Part shown: piece after piece, positions 42,763-52,916 of the stretch
Layout of the letters: each line of letters opens with the position of its first letter
Numbering within the stretch: position 1 is the first letter of the stretch
From: an uncultured delta proteobacterium
GTDB taxonomy: Bacteria > Desulfobacterota > Binatia > UBA9968
Length of the DNA stretch: 64,000 nucleotides
Assembly (NCBI GenBank): GCA_963760795.1
Contig: CAVXEP010000004.1
Coordinates: forward strand, 160,001-224,000
Direction of reading: 5' to 3'
The notes under the pieces: model-generated
Seen by the model: only the letters and a program-made list of their open reading frames with translations
What the model was told of the DNA's origin: nothing
Databases searched by the model: none
Program-made: the position numbers and the translations under genes

Positions 42763-44300
42763 GCGACCATTTCCCGCTGTACCCCCACCGGGGCGATGGT
42801 TTCGGTCGGCAGGACAATTTCAAACCGGGTATAGGCGCCGAGCCGACTGTCGACGCGGATCTCGCCCTGATGATCCTTGATTATGCCGTAAGCGACCGAC
42901 AACCCAAGTCCCGTGCCTTCGCCCACGTCTTTGGTTGTGAAAAACGGGTCGAATACCTTTGCGAGATGTTCGGCGGGGATGCCGGCGCCGTTGTCTTCAA
43001 AGTTAATCCGCAGCTTGTCATCGTCAATCATGCCGTTGTCATTGGCGCTCTGATGGCGAACCAGCTCTGCGGTGATTTCGATAGTTCCACCGGGTGGCAA
43101 AGCGTGCAGCGAATTGAGAAACAGGTTGATAAACACCTGCTGCAGCTGATGCGGATCACCTTTAATACTGGGCAGCGTTGGGGCTATTTTGACGTGGACG
43201 GCAATATTCTTTTCGACGATTTTAAGTTCCAGAAGGCCGGTCACGGTAGCGAGCAGTTGTACTAAATCGACGCTGCGAAAGGCCGGTTCGCGGCGCCGGG
43301 AAAACTCCAAAAGCTGGCGAACGATCCCGGCGATCCGATCGATTTGCGATCGAATGATCTGCAAATTGTCGTCGATTTCCTCGGCGCTTCGCTGTCGCCG
43401 CAACAAGAATTCGGCGCGGCCGCCGATAATACCTAAAGGCGTGCCGATCTCATGAGCCAGGCCGGCGGCGAATTGACCGACGGACGCGAGCTTTTCCGAT
43501 TGCCGCAGGTTTCGCTCCAGAGTCAACCGTTCCTGCTGCTCTTCGATCAGTCGGCCGTACAAGTCCTGAAGACGTTCGCACATCCGGTTGAATTCACCCG
43601 CCAACGAACTGATTTCGCTTTTCTCCTGGATTTGAATTCGTTCCTGCCAGCGTCCATCGCCGATGGCTCGAATGCGCTCGATGAGCCCGTCAATCGGCCG
43701 CACGACGTTACGCCGCACGAAAAACAAAATGAGCAGCGAAAGCAGCGCGATCATAATCGAACTCGTGACGATGATGCGATTGCGTCGGGTCTCGAGGATT
43801 AGGCTGGAGTCTAAGCCGCGCCGCGCGAGCACGAACGCGCCAATGAGTTGATTGTCATGATTTCTAATCGGACCGATCCGGTAATAAATCGGATAGGCGG
43901 AATTTTCGACAAGCCCCTCCGATTCCTCACCGGTACGGAGCACCTCGCGTGGAGAAATACCCAGCACTGGAGCCGGATCGAGGTTGGGGTATTCCTGAGT
44001 GCGGGTCAGAGACACCGACAGCGCCACTGGGTTGGCCGATCGGTCATAGACGACGAGGCCATGAATATTACCCTTCCTGCCGACACCATCGATAAAATCC
44101 TTCGTCGCTTGAACATCACCGGCATCGCCATAGATGAAACGCAATGCGGCTTGAACTGAGCGGGATAGTCCCACCATCCCAACGCGCATTTCCCGCAAGA
44201 TATTTTCTTCATCCTGACGAAGGCTCAAATATCCATGTACCAGCATGATGATGACAATTGTCGATATCAGAGAGACAACGAGTTTTGTTCCGAGCCTCAT
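42759..44300 (-). CDS. HAMP-domain sensor histidine kinase
   Basis: Two TM, HAMP, AHEIGTP, QVFINL..N, DNGAGI, PFFTTK, GTGLGL. Confidence 0.95.
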   Translation of the reverse strand: MRLGTKLVVSLISTIVIIMLVHGYLSLRQDEENILREMRVGMVGLSRSVQAALRFIYGDAGDVQATKDFIDGVGRKGNIHGLVVYDRSANPVALSVSLTRTQEYPNLDPAPVLGISPREVLRTGEESEGLVENSAYPIYYRIGPIRNHDNQLIGAFVLARRGLDSSLILETRRNRIIVTSSIMIALLSLLILFFVRRNVVRPIDGLIERIRAIGDGRWQERIQIQEKSEISSLAGEFNRMCERLQDLYGRLIEEQQERLTLERNLRQSEKLASVGQFAAGLAHEIGTPLGIIGGRAEFLLRRQRSAEEIDDNLQIIRSQIDRIAGIVRQLLEFSRRREPAFRSVDLVQLLATVTGLLELKIVEKNIAVHVKIAPTLPSIKGDPHQLQQVFINLFLNSLHALPPGGTIEITAELVRHQSANDNGMIDDDKLRINFEDNGAGIPAEHLAKVFDPFFTTKDVGEGTGLGLSVAYGIIKDHQGEIRVDSRLGAYTRFEIVLPTETIAPVGVQREMVA

Positions 44301-44405
44301 GGGAATAGTCGATCCAGTCGATTCAATTCAGCCAGCCTGAGCCGATAGAACGGTCCGCGTAAATTCGACATTACCGAGACAGCCAAGAGTCACCGTTGCG
44401 GCCCA

Positions 44406-44442
44406 TGTTGCAAAATGCCTCGGTCTGTTGAATTTTACAACA
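44406..44442. promoter_or_regulatory. Putative enhancer (UAS) sites for the NtrC-family activator
   Basis: TGTTG-N7-CAACA palindrome (44426-44442) and an imperfect copy at 44406, about 150 nt upstream of a sigma54 promoter. Confidence 0.55.
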
Positions 44443-44582
44443 AATTTCTAATTGCTTTGTCGATACAGTAAGTTTCTGCGCGCTAGGCTCAAACGACTTC
44501 GCAATGTTTCAATTTGCCACACTTTTCTCAGCACCATCGTTCGGAGTTACCCGTTTTATCTGAGATTAAATCGCGCGATTCA

Positions 44583-44598
44583 TGGCATCGCAATTGCT
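44583..44598 (+). promoter_or_regulatory. Sigma54 (-24/-12) promoter
   Basis: TGGCATCGCAATTGCT fits TGGCA-N6-TTGC(A/T) with exact spacing. Confidence 0.75.
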
Positions 44599-44659
44599 GA
44601 ACCAGCGCCTGCGGCATGTGCAAAAACATGTCGACAAATTTAACGGAGGAAAACTGACG

Positions 44660-44779
44660 ATGTTGAAAAAACTCTGGGGGGCGATGCTAATAGTCGCACT
44701 ATTCGCGCTTGCGGGTTGCCCTGAGGTTTCACAACAGGGCAGCGGCGGATCGTCCGAAAAATCGGGCCAGCCAGATTAA
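44660..44779 (+). CDS. 39-aa lipoprotein
   Basis: GGAGG RBS; MLKKLWGAMLIVALFALAG/CPEVSQQGSGGSSEKSGQPD*; lipobox LAGC. Confidence 0.75.
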   Translation: MLKKLWGAMLIVALFALAGCPEVSQQGSGGSSEKSGQPD

Positions 44780-44802
44780 CGCCGACTTTCAATCAACCCA
44801 CT

Positions 44803-44848
44803 TCGACGCGCGGCAACGTCATTACTTCAATGGGCTGCCGCGCGTCGA
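44803..44848 (+). terminator. GC-rich hairpin after the lipoprotein gene
   Basis: TCGACGCGCGGCA...TGCCGCGCGTCGA 13-bp stem; no clear U-tract. Confidence 0.5.
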
Positions 44849-45060
44849 CGCATCCGACCACAGCTTTCTGCGCTGTCTTGGGGAAATATCATCCCCAACG
44901 ACCCTAGTTTCGCCGCGCAGTTCTGCGGTTCCGCAAATTCCGCCATCGCACTTGATCAAGATTAAGCTTTGATATTCGGCGGCACTCCGCCTTCCAGTGC
45001 CGCAAGAGGGCACGCTGCGCAACCCATAGCCATCACATCCGCTCAGCCATTAGCGACTGG

Positions 45061-46506
45061 CTATGGGGTTTTCAGCCCAAGCTCATTGGCCACCGCTTGC
45101 TCGACGACGGTGCCCTTGAAGAAGCCTGGATTGTTGCGCGTGTGCAGCTGCGCGGCGTTGGTGAAGGTGAACTCGCGGAAATCCTGCGCCGTTACGAAGC
45201 CCTTCTCGACCATTTCAAACGCTTCAGGAATCACCTCCCTGAAATCGGGCACGTCGAAATGCGTGAAGTCGGAGCTGAAGACCGGCCGAAGGCGCACGCC
45301 CATACGCGGATCGAAGGCCCACATGGTTGCCCGATCGTCGGCCTCGCAGCCGAAGTAGAAGTTGCCGGAGAACACTGCTCGAACATCCTCTTTTGAGTTA
45401 ATTCCTGCCGCTTCAAAGTCGTCGGAAACATGCTCAGGCCGCGCGAGCTCTTCAAGACTGCACTCCGGGCGGAATGCGTCCAGGCTGTTCATGATCGCGT
45501 CGGCGTTGGCTTTCAGTCTCTGATCGCCATACTTGCCGATCAGCTGATGCATCTCGGCGACGCTGGTTGCGCCCGGGTACTGCAGCCCGGCACGGCGCCG
45601 CTTCTCCCAGTGTTCGATCATATCGGCGCACATCTGACAGGCCCAGCTCACGCCGCCTTCCATGAAGCCGAAATTGAGGCTCGGGTAGCGTCGCACCAGG
45701 CCGCCGAGGAAAACGCCGCGCGCAAAGGCGTGGTTCGATTCAGCGAAGTGGCCAACGTGGTTATAAGTGAAGTTGCTGATCGACGCGCGATCTTGCCAGC
45801 GGCCGCTGCCCGAGTGTTGGGTCACGGCCACACCGAGGTCGACGCAGCGCTGCCAAAACGGCTCGTAGTCATAGGGGCTGTCCAAGGCGATGGTATCGCA
45901 GTACCATTCAGCCCTGCCCCGCTCATCGATTCCTTCCGCCGCCGCTGGAATCGTCCGTTCCTGGTTTCCCCGCAGCATGACCGCTTTAAACCCCCGCTGC
46001 CTGACCGCGTATTCCAGCTCGTCGAGGGCTTCATCCGGCGTATGCGAAGGAATGATCGCTACCGGCGCAAACCTTGCGACATACGGCGCGAACATGTCAG
46101 CCGTCATCATGTTGTAGGCACGGACCGCGGCCCGGTGCAGTTCGCCTTGGGCCATGCCATTGATGCTGAGCCCGAAGCTCGGATAGATCAGCGCGAAGTC
46201 GATACCCAATTCGGGCAGCCGCTCATTCAGCAAGGCCGGCAGCAGCGCGGTTGCCTTGTCGAGCGTATTGCTGGTCACACCCCACCAGATGGCGCGGCGC
46301 AAGCGATGGTGCTGCCGTTCCGGCCAAGTGGCCCGGTACCACGCGTCCCGCGCGCGCCAGAGCGCCCTCATCTGGTCGACAGATTTAGGGCCGCCCACTT
46401 CGCTCAAGTATTCGAGGAAGACCGGAATCGGCTCCATCCAATGGCCGTCGCCGTCGATTACCGGATGCTTCAGTTCGGCGTGTATCTGTGCAGCTCGATT
46501 TTCCAT
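45061..46506 (-). CDS. Amidohydrolase_2 family protein
   Basis: VIDGDGH, LIYPS, FMEGGVSW, FGCEADD, FSSDFTHFD; GAGGAG RBS. Confidence 0.9.
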   Translation of the reverse strand: MENRAAQIHAELKHPVIDGDGHWMEPIPVFLEYLSEVGGPKSVDQMRALWRARDAWYRATWPERQHHRLRRAIWWGVTSNTLDKATALLPALLNERLPELGIDFALIYPSFGLSINGMAQGELHRAAVRAYNMMTADMFAPYVARFAPVAIIPSHTPDEALDELEYAVRQRGFKAVMLRGNQERTIPAAAEGIDERGRAEWYCDTIALDSPYDYEPFWQRCVDLGVAVTQHSGSGRWQDRASISNFTYNHVGHFAESNHAFARGVFLGGLVRRYPSLNFGFMEGGVSWACQMCADMIEHWEKRRRAGLQYPGATSVAEMHQLIGKYGDQRLKANADAIMNSLDAFRPECSLEELARPEHVSDDFEAAGINSKEDVRAVFSGNFYFGCEADDRATMWAFDPRMGVRLRPVFSSDFTHFDVPDFREVIPEAFEMVEKGFVTAQDFREFTFTNAAQLHTRNNPGFFKGTVVEQAVANELGLKTP

Positions 46507-46723
46507 AGTCGCTACTCCTCTGAGGAATTTACTTCCTCTATAATCGCTAAGCCGGCGCGTCGTCAATCGCAATCGATGGCACGAGTGTTCGGGTAAAATA
46601 TGACGGACAGGGCCGGCACAAGGTTGGAGTTTCACCCGCGATTGCTGCAATCATCGACTGGACATTCACTCGACCCTGACATATGAAATCGCTATTCCGT
46701 CAAAACCGCAAGGGAGTTCTGCC

Positions 46724-48208
46724 ATGGCTTTTAATATTCTCGAAACCACCATCGACCAGGTCCACGCCGCCTATAGATCCGGCGAGTTGACCTGCCGTCA
46801 ACTGGTGCAAATGTATCTCGATCGCATCGCCGCCTATGACAAAAATGGCCCGGCGATCAATGCGATCATTTCGCTCAATCCCGACGCGCTCACAGAAGCC
46901 GACCGTCTCGACGCCGCGCACAAGGCCGCGGGTCCGGTGGGGCCGCTGCACGGCATACCGATCGTCATGAAGGACCAGGGCGACGCGACGCCGATGCCGA
47001 CGACTTTGGGCTCGTTGCTGTTCAAAGATTATTATCCCGGCCGCGATGCCTTCGTCGTCGCCCAGCTCAAAAAAGCCGGCGCCATCATCATCGGCAAAGC
47101 GACCCTCGGTGAACTCGGCGGCGGCGACACCCATGGTTCGTTATTCGGCTCGACGAAAAATCCCTATGCTCTCGACCGCACCGCCGGCGGCTCCTCGGGC
47201 GGCTCGGGCGCCAGCGTGTCGGCAAACTTCTGCACGGTGGCGGTCGGCCAGGAAGGCTTCGCGTCGATCCGCCGGCCATCGACGTGGAATTGTGTCTCGG
47301 GCATGCGCCCCACCGCCGGCCTGGTGAGCCGCGGCGGTGTTTACGCCGGCTGGCCTTCGGTCAATGGTTCCCTAGGTCCAATGGCGCGCACCGTCACCGA
47401 CCTGGCCAAACTGCTCGACAACATGGTCGGCTACGACCCCGACGATCCGGTGACCGCGCGCGGCGTCGGCCGGATTCCGGAGAGTTTTACAAAATTTCTC
47501 GATCACAACGGTCTCAAAGACGCGCGCATCGGCATCCTGCGCGAGTCCATGGGTTACGACGCCGAGCCGGGCTCGGAGGATTTCGCGAAGATCACCGAAG
47601 TGTTCGACAAAGCGATAAGCGATCTTAAACGCGCAGGCGCTGTCGTCGTCGATCCGATCGTCATCGCGAATCTAAAAGCGCTCCTAGCCAAACGCGCCGG
47701 CAGCTTCGCCGACGATGAAGAATCTTTTAGAGAATACTTCGGCCGCGGCGGCAAACCGCCCTACGCCTCGCGCCAAGCGGCGATGCAGTCGCCGGACTTC
47801 CAGAAGGTCGTCAAAGGTTCGCGCGAACGCTGGTCGCGCTCACCTTCCAATGAAGCGAATTACGAATATTTGAAAGCGCGCGAAGAACTGATGATCAACC
47901 TCTTGCAAGTCATGGCCGAGCACCGCCTCGATGCCATCGTGCATAAGGCCGTGGAACATCAGCCGACGTTGATCAAGGACGGCGTCAATCCGCCCTACGT
48001 CGATCAAAAGGGCGCGCCCCATATCAATACGTTTTTAGTCTACGTGCCGTCGGTGGTGGTGCCGGCGGGATTCACCCGCGACCAGCTGCCCGCTGGGATT
48101 ACCTTTCTCGGCCGCCCCTACGACGACGGCAACATGATCAAGTTCGCCTACGCCTACGAGCAGGCGACCAAACATCGCCAACCGCCGTCGAGCGTGACAC
48201 CGCTGTGA
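46724..48208 (+). CDS. Amidase signature family protein
   Basis: GPLHGIP..KD, GGSSGGSG, GFASIRRPS. Confidence 0.92.
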   Translation: MAFNILETTIDQVHAAYRSGELTCRQLVQMYLDRIAAYDKNGPAINAIISLNPDALTEADRLDAAHKAAGPVGPLHGIPIVMKDQGDATPMPTTLGSLLFKDYYPGRDAFVVAQLKKAGAIIIGKATLGELGGGDTHGSLFGSTKNPYALDRTAGGSSGGSGASVSANFCTVAVGQEGFASIRRPSTWNCVSGMRPTAGLVSRGGVYAGWPSVNGSLGPMARTVTDLAKLLDNMVGYDPDDPVTARGVGRIPESFTKFLDHNGLKDARIGILRESMGYDAEPGSEDFAKITEVFDKAISDLKRAGAVVVDPIVIANLKALLAKRAGSFADDEESFREYFGRGGKPPYASRQAAMQSPDFQKVVKGSRERWSRSPSNEANYEYLKAREELMINLLQVMAEHRLDAIVHKAVEHQPTLIKDGVNPPYVDQKGAPHINTFLVYVPSVVVPAGFTRDQLPAGITFLGRPYDDGNMIKFAYAYEQATKHRQPPSSVTPL

Positions 48209-48267
48209 GCCAAGCGCGTAAGACCACATCCGGTTGCCATGCCAGACCCGCCTGCTATAGTAGCGAG

Positions 48268-48573
48268 ATGCGCAGGTTACTGTTCATTTACTTGCTACTG
48301 TTACCGCTGCTTTTGGCAAGCTCACTGGGAGTTGCCGCGGCCATGAGCGACTCCGGCTCAAGCTCGCCGTGGAGCAACCCGTTCGTTACCACGAGCGAAA
48401 TCATCGACGAAGACAACGGCGTCAGCGTCGGCAATCTGTTTACCGCCGCGCCGAGGTTTGACTCAGTGGCATCTTGCATAGTGGCTATTCTTGGACTGGC
48501 CCCTTGGACCGATCGTGCCGATGGATTCGTTCAACCGCCCATGTTCCTGCTCAACCATATCTTTCTGATTTGA
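48268..48573 (+). CDS. Hypothetical exported/membrane protein
   Basis: Hydrophobic N-terminus; ends PPMFLLNHIFLI*. Confidence 0.5.
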   Translation: MRRLLFIYLLLLPLLLASSLGVAAAMSDSGSSSPWSNPFVTTSEIIDEDNGVSVGNLFTAAPRFDSVASCIVAILGLAPWTDRADGFVQPPMFLLNHIFLI

Positions 48574-48682
48574 CCAAATCTCTCCTGGGTCTGCTTTCCA
48601 CAAGCATTACTAACCGTTCCAGCTGTGGCTGCCTGCTCTTTCGGCAACCAGCCGGCAACGCAACTAGTCGAGGAGAGATTTT

Positions 48683-48787
48683 ATGGGAGATTTTCCAATC
48701 GCGATGAAACTAGCTGTTTGGGGCATTATCGGCCTGACAATTTTGTATAGCCTCTGGGGCATCTATCAGTCATTAACGCGGGTTTGA
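48683..48787 (+). CDS. 34-aa single-pass membrane protein (below ORF-track cutoff)
   Basis: GAGGAG RBS; MGDFPIAMKLAVWGIIGLTILYSLWGIYQSLTRV*. Confidence 0.6.
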   Translation: MGDFPIAMKLAVWGIIGLTILYSLWGIYQSLTRV

Positions 48788-48970
48788 TCGACCAACGTGC
48801 ATGAGGCAACGGCCGTGAATCGACTCGCGGTCGTTGCCCCCACAGGCCTGACAGCTTTTTGCAACAAATCCGCCGGCAACGATTACCGCTAAAATTTGCA
48901 TCCTATCAGTGCTGGCGCCGCCGACCCGTTTGGTGCTAAAAAAGCTCCAAACGTTTCCCGGGAGGCAGCG

Positions 48971-49297
48971 ATGCAATTCTACCGACTCCACGCCGGCGCC
49001 GACGGCCAATCTCATTTCGAACCATTGGACAGTAACAAGGCGACCTACTTCAACGACACCAAGCCAGCCACAAGCCATCTGTTTCGCGACGACTTCGCGC
49101 CTCATATCGTCAACTTCCACCGCGCTCCCCGACGCCGCTGGGTGGTGACACTGACGGGCAGTGTGAAAATCGGCTTGGGCGACGGCAGCAGTATGACTTT
49201 TTATCCCGGCGATGTTTTCCTCGCCGAAGATACTACCGGCCAAGGTCACACGGCGACACCAACCAATTGGACCAGGCTGTATGTGAATCTCGACTGA
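48971..49297 (+). CDS. Cupin-like small protein
   Basis: GADGQSHFE, FHRAPRRRWVVTLTG, PGDVFLAEDTTGQGH; GGAGG RBS. Confidence 0.85.
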   Translation: MQFYRLHAGADGQSHFEPLDSNKATYFNDTKPATSHLFRDDFAPHIVNFHRAPRRRWVVTLTGSVKIGLGDGSSMTFYPGDVFLAEDTTGQGHTATPTNWTRLYVNLD

Positions 49298-49303
49298 GTA
49301 TAA

Positions 49304-49387
49304 ATTGGCGTGATGGAATTGGAGTAACGGAATGTTGCTTACTCCGAACCCCATTACTCCAACACTCCACTACTCCATCACTCCAAT
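49304..49387. repeat. GGAGTRNT 8-mer periodic palindrome (family C, copy 1)
   Basis: ATTGGCGTGATGG..GGAGTAACGGAATGTTG ... CCATTACTCC-AACACTCC-ACTACTCC-ATCACTCCAAT. Confidence 0.88.
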
Positions 49388-49396
49388 CCCACTGCC

Positions 49397-50884
49397 ATGA
49401 ACCAAGCGAGCCCCAGCGGCAAAGTTTACTTCGTCGACACCACCTTGCGCGATGGCCAGTTGAGCCTTTGGGCGTCCAACATGCGCACTGCCATGATGCT
49501 GCCGATTGCCGAACACCTCGATCAGGCCGGCTTCGAAGCCATCGAGATCATGTCATCGGCGTTTTACAAGAAATGCGTGCGCGATTTAAGAGACGATCCG
49601 TGGGAACGGATTCGCCTATTGGCGAAGCTGATCAGGAAAACCCCGCTGCGCTCGATTCGCAGCCGCTCTATGCTGGCGTTTCAGTTGACCGCGCCGGCGA
49701 TCACCGATCTGTGGCTCGAACGGTTGGCCGCCAACGGCATCCATGAACTGCGCACCTCCGATCCGTCGAACACGCCGAGATACTGGCGCGAAGCGGTCGA
49801 CGGCGCCAAGCGCGTCGGCCTGAAGACGATCTTGAATATTATTTATTCGATCTCGCCCAAGCATACCGACGAATATTTTATCCAACGCAGCCGCGAAGCG
49901 GCCAAGCTCGACGTCGAACGGATCTGCTTCAAAGATCCCGGCGGTCTGTTGACCCCGGAGTCGACGCGCCGTCTGGTGCCGTTGATCCAGCGCGAAGCCA
50001 ATGGCAAACCGGTGGAGTTTCACACCCACTGCAACACCGGCCTGGGCGCGATTTGTTGCCTCGAAGCGATCCAGCTCGGCATCACGTCGATTAACACGGC
50101 GATCCCGCCGCTTGCCGACGGTTCGTCGAATCCATCGCTTTTCAACGTCGCCATGAATGCCCGCGCGCTGGGTTATCAGACCAGGGTCGACGAGGAGATG
50201 GTCAAACCCGTACGCGACCATTTCATGATGGTAGCGAAGCAGGAGAATCTGCCGATAGGGCGACCGTTGGCATACGACGCGTTGCATCCATTGCACCAAG
50301 TGCCCGGCGGCATGATTTCTAACTTTCGTTTTCAGCTGGCTAATCTGGCCAAGCTCGACCAGCTGCCCGCGGTGCTCGAAGAAGTCACACGCGTCCGCGC
50401 CGAGTTCGGCTATCCGATCATGGTGACGCCCTACTCGCAGTTCTTCGGCGTCCAAGCCGCGATCAACGTCATGGTCGGCGCGCGCTACCAAGAAGTCACC
50501 GATGAGGTGCTGCTTTACGCCTTGGGCTACTGGGGCGAAGAGGAAGCGGAGTCCATCGACGCCAATCTCAGGGATCGCTTGGTGAGCAGTGCGCGCGCCA
50601 AGGAATTGGCGAAGGTCAAAATCCCCGACATTGGCTTGGCAGAATTTCGAATGAAATTTGGCGGCGACAGCGTCAGCGACGACGACAAGCTGCTCAACTT
50701 CTTTGCCGGCGCGGAAGCCCTGGCGGCGTTGAAAGCCGCCGGTACGCCGAAGGATTTCGCCAGCCCGGGCACCCCGCTCGTCGCCTTGATCGAGCAACTG
50801 AGCCGGCGCAAGGACTCAAAGCAAGTGTATATCAAGCGTGCGGGATTTAGTTTGCGAATGGCACGACGACGACCGGCTGATTAA
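49397..50884 (+). CDS. Carboxyltransferase (PycB/OadA-like) lacking a biotinyl domain
   Basis: DTTLRDGQ, DPWERIR, FKDPGG, HTHCNTG, HQVPGGMISN, GYPIMVTPYSQ; no MKM motif. Confidence 0.9.
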   Translation: MNQASPSGKVYFVDTTLRDGQLSLWASNMRTAMMLPIAEHLDQAGFEAIEIMSSAFYKKCVRDLRDDPWERIRLLAKLIRKTPLRSIRSRSMLAFQLTAPAITDLWLERLAANGIHELRTSDPSNTPRYWREAVDGAKRVGLKTILNIIYSISPKHTDEYFIQRSREAAKLDVERICFKDPGGLLTPESTRRLVPLIQREANGKPVEFHTHCNTGLGAICCLEAIQLGITSINTAIPPLADGSSNPSLFNVAMNARALGYQTRVDEEMVKPVRDHFMMVAKQENLPIGRPLAYDALHPLHQVPGGMISNFRFQLANLAKLDQLPAVLEEVTRVRAEFGYPIMVTPYSQFFGVQAAINVMVGARYQEVTDEVLLYALGYWGEEEAESIDANLRDRLVSSARAKELAKVKIPDIGLAEFRMKFGGDSVSDDDKLLNFFAGAEALAALKAAGTPKDFASPGTPLVALIEQLSRRKDSKQVYIKRAGFSLRMARRRPAD

Positions 50885-50897
50885 GTTACGGCGTTAC

Positions 50898-50958
50898 TCG
50901 CGGCGGCAGAGCCGCAATCAAAAAGAAGAATAACCGCAAAGAATCCAAAGGGCACAAT
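50898..50958 (+). repeat. Family B half-element preceded by a GCGGC..GCCGC mini-hairpin
   Basis: TCGCGGCGGCAGAGCCGCAATCAAAA then ACCGCAAAGAATCCAAAGGGCACAA. Confidence 0.6.
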
Positions 50959-51059
50959 AAAGCCTCGGGAGTTGTTGGGGCGGCCCGGTGCACCTCGTTC
51001 AGGCCATGCCTCGGCTAGCCAGAGTTGATTTAGTGACTAATCCGAGGCTAGCTGAGGCC

Positions 51060-51725
51060 ATGCTCTGGTGGCGACCACTGTTACCGTTGGGCTTGGCGGC
51101 AATACTGCTCTGTCTTGCAGATCGGCTCGCTTACCCCGAAGCCACCCCGCAGTGGGCTTGCACGGATAGCGAATCGACGTGTAAATCCGTCTCCATCGTG
51201 CACAACTCCTGGCACGCCGCCATCGTCCTGCGCAAAAGCGATCTCGTAGAAAAAACCATGCCGGAGCTGGCGGATTTTCCCGCGGCCCAATTTATTGAAT
51301 TCAGCTGGGGCGACAAGGACTATTTCCCCGATCCGCAATCGGGAGTCTTCGGCGCCATCAAGGCGGCGTTGTGGTCCAGTGGCAGCGTGATTCACCTTGT
51401 CGGATTTACGGACACAGTCGAACATTTCTACCGCGGCGCTAATATCGCGGAACTGCGCTTGAACCCGACCGCCTACCAACGCATGGTCGATTACATCGAC
51501 GAAACTTTCCTACGCGAACAGTCACCTGGCCGTGCGCGCGCGGCTCCGGGGTTGTTTTCCTACAGCCGCTTTTATTCGGCAAGCCGCAGTTTTAGTTTGC
51601 TGCGTACCTGTAACACCTGGGTTGCCGCAGCGCTGGAACATGCAGGCGTCCCGATCTCGGCTACTTTTGTCATCACCGCGGGGAATCTTCAGAGCCAATT
51701 GGCAGCTATCCTGCCGACGCCTTGA
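51060..51725 (+). CDS. DUF2459 family protein
   Basis: HNSWHAAIV, EFSWGDKDYF, FYSA...F.L.RTCNTW. Confidence 0.85.
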   Translation: MLWWRPLLPLGLAAILLCLADRLAYPEATPQWACTDSESTCKSVSIVHNSWHAAIVLRKSDLVEKTMPELADFPAAQFIEFSWGDKDYFPDPQSGVFGAIKAALWSSGSVIHLVGFTDTVEHFYRGANIAELRLNPTAYQRMVDYIDETFLREQSPGRARAAPGLFSYSRFYSASRSFSLLRTCNTWVAAALEHAGVPISATFVITAGNLQSQLAAILPTP

Positions 51726-51896
51726 GTGCTGCGATTTGTCCAGGCAGGCCGGTGCCATCGCACCGCGCGTTAACCGAAGCTACCGAATCGTTACGAGGTT
51801 GTCACAACAGCCGCCGCCGCGCAGCCTGATCGTTTGCGGCACCGCCGGCGAACGCATCGCAGCCCAGGGTAGATAATGCTAAACTCGCAACTAGCT

Positions 51897-52916
51897 ATGA
51901 AGCGGCCCAGAATAATTATAACCAGCATCGCTCTAGCGCTGCTCGCCAGCGCCTGCCAATCGCCGGCACCGCTGCCGAAACCGCAACCGCCGCCGGAACT
52001 GGCTCAAGAAGTTCACAAGCCGCCGGCGCCCGCTGCGCCGGTGGAAACCGCCAAGTTGCAGAAAAAGACTCAAGAGGTCGTCAGCAAAGCGCCGATCGAT
52101 CGCACTTTGCCGGAGTCGCTCATCGCCGCGCCGGCCAAGGACCCAGCGTCGCGCAGCATCAACTACGGCACGATGCTGTCGTCCCGCGCAGCGAACTCGA
52201 AACTCATGAATAACTGGCAGTATCGCCGCACCCGCCAAGGGCAAATTGTCGGCTTCGAATTTTCCAATCATGGCGGCAACCCGATTCTCACGCCGCGCCG
52301 GGATGCGACCAAGAATCAATTTTTCACCCGCGATTTCCAATTTCGCTTCGACGACCGGGCGCGCCAGGACATCCATCTGATGATTTCCGACTGGGTAGCG
52401 TCGCGCGACCGGATGTTTCGTCTGAGCGGGTTGATGCACAGCTTGATGCATTTTTTCCCGCGCAGTTACCTGCCCGCCATCGTCAACGCCGGCGATAACA
52501 ACATCGTAACCCTCCCCACCGGCGAGGAAGTTGAGTTCAACGCGGTCACCAAGGAAATCCGCGGCGGCGTATTGGCGGAGTCGCCCGTCGATCTCAGCCC
52601 CGACCGCAATGGCAGTAAATACCCGGCGGTAACCTACCAAGGGCAAGGCGTGCTGGTGCGCGCCGACGCGCGCGGCGCCGATCCCCGGCTCGGCACGACA
52701 GCGACGATCAGCGCTGGAACGCCGCCATCGAGCTGCGATAAGCCCGAGGGTTGCCGCCAGTGCGAAGTGCCGTCCAAAGAACTTTGGGAGCAATCCGGCG
52801 CCGTGCGCTTCAAGTTTCAAACCGACCAGGAATTCGATCGTTACCTCACCGCCCGTTGCGGCTTCGGCCTGCCGCGGCTAGGCACGGAATTCGCCGTCGC
52901 CGCGCCGCAATCGTAA
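51897..52916 (+). CDS. Hypothetical lipoprotein
   Basis: Lipobox LASAC, Pro-rich linker, Cys-containing C-terminal domain. Confidence 0.75.
   Translation: MKRPRIIITSIALALLASACQSPAPLPKPQPPPELAQEVHKPPAPAAPVETAKLQKKTQEVVSKAPIDRTLPESLIAAPAKDPASRSINYGTMLSSRAANSKLMNNWQYRRTRQGQIVGFEFSNHGGNPILTPRRDATKNQFFTRDFQFRFDDRARQDIHLMISDWVASRDRMFRLSGLMHSLMHFFPRSYLPAIVNAGDNNIVTLPTGEEVEFNAVTKEIRGGVLAESPVDLSPDRNGSKYPAVTYQGQGVLVRADARGADPRLGTTATISAGTPPSSCDKPEGCRQCEVPSKELWEQSGAVRFKFQTDQEFDRYLTARCGFGLPRLGTEFAVAAPQS

Noticed and set aside
45430-46596. Long antisense ORFs (also 12548-13351, 29032-29883, 49616-50797, 61139-62059)
   Set aside because: Shadow frames typical of high-GC coding DNA, opposite genes with clear motifs.
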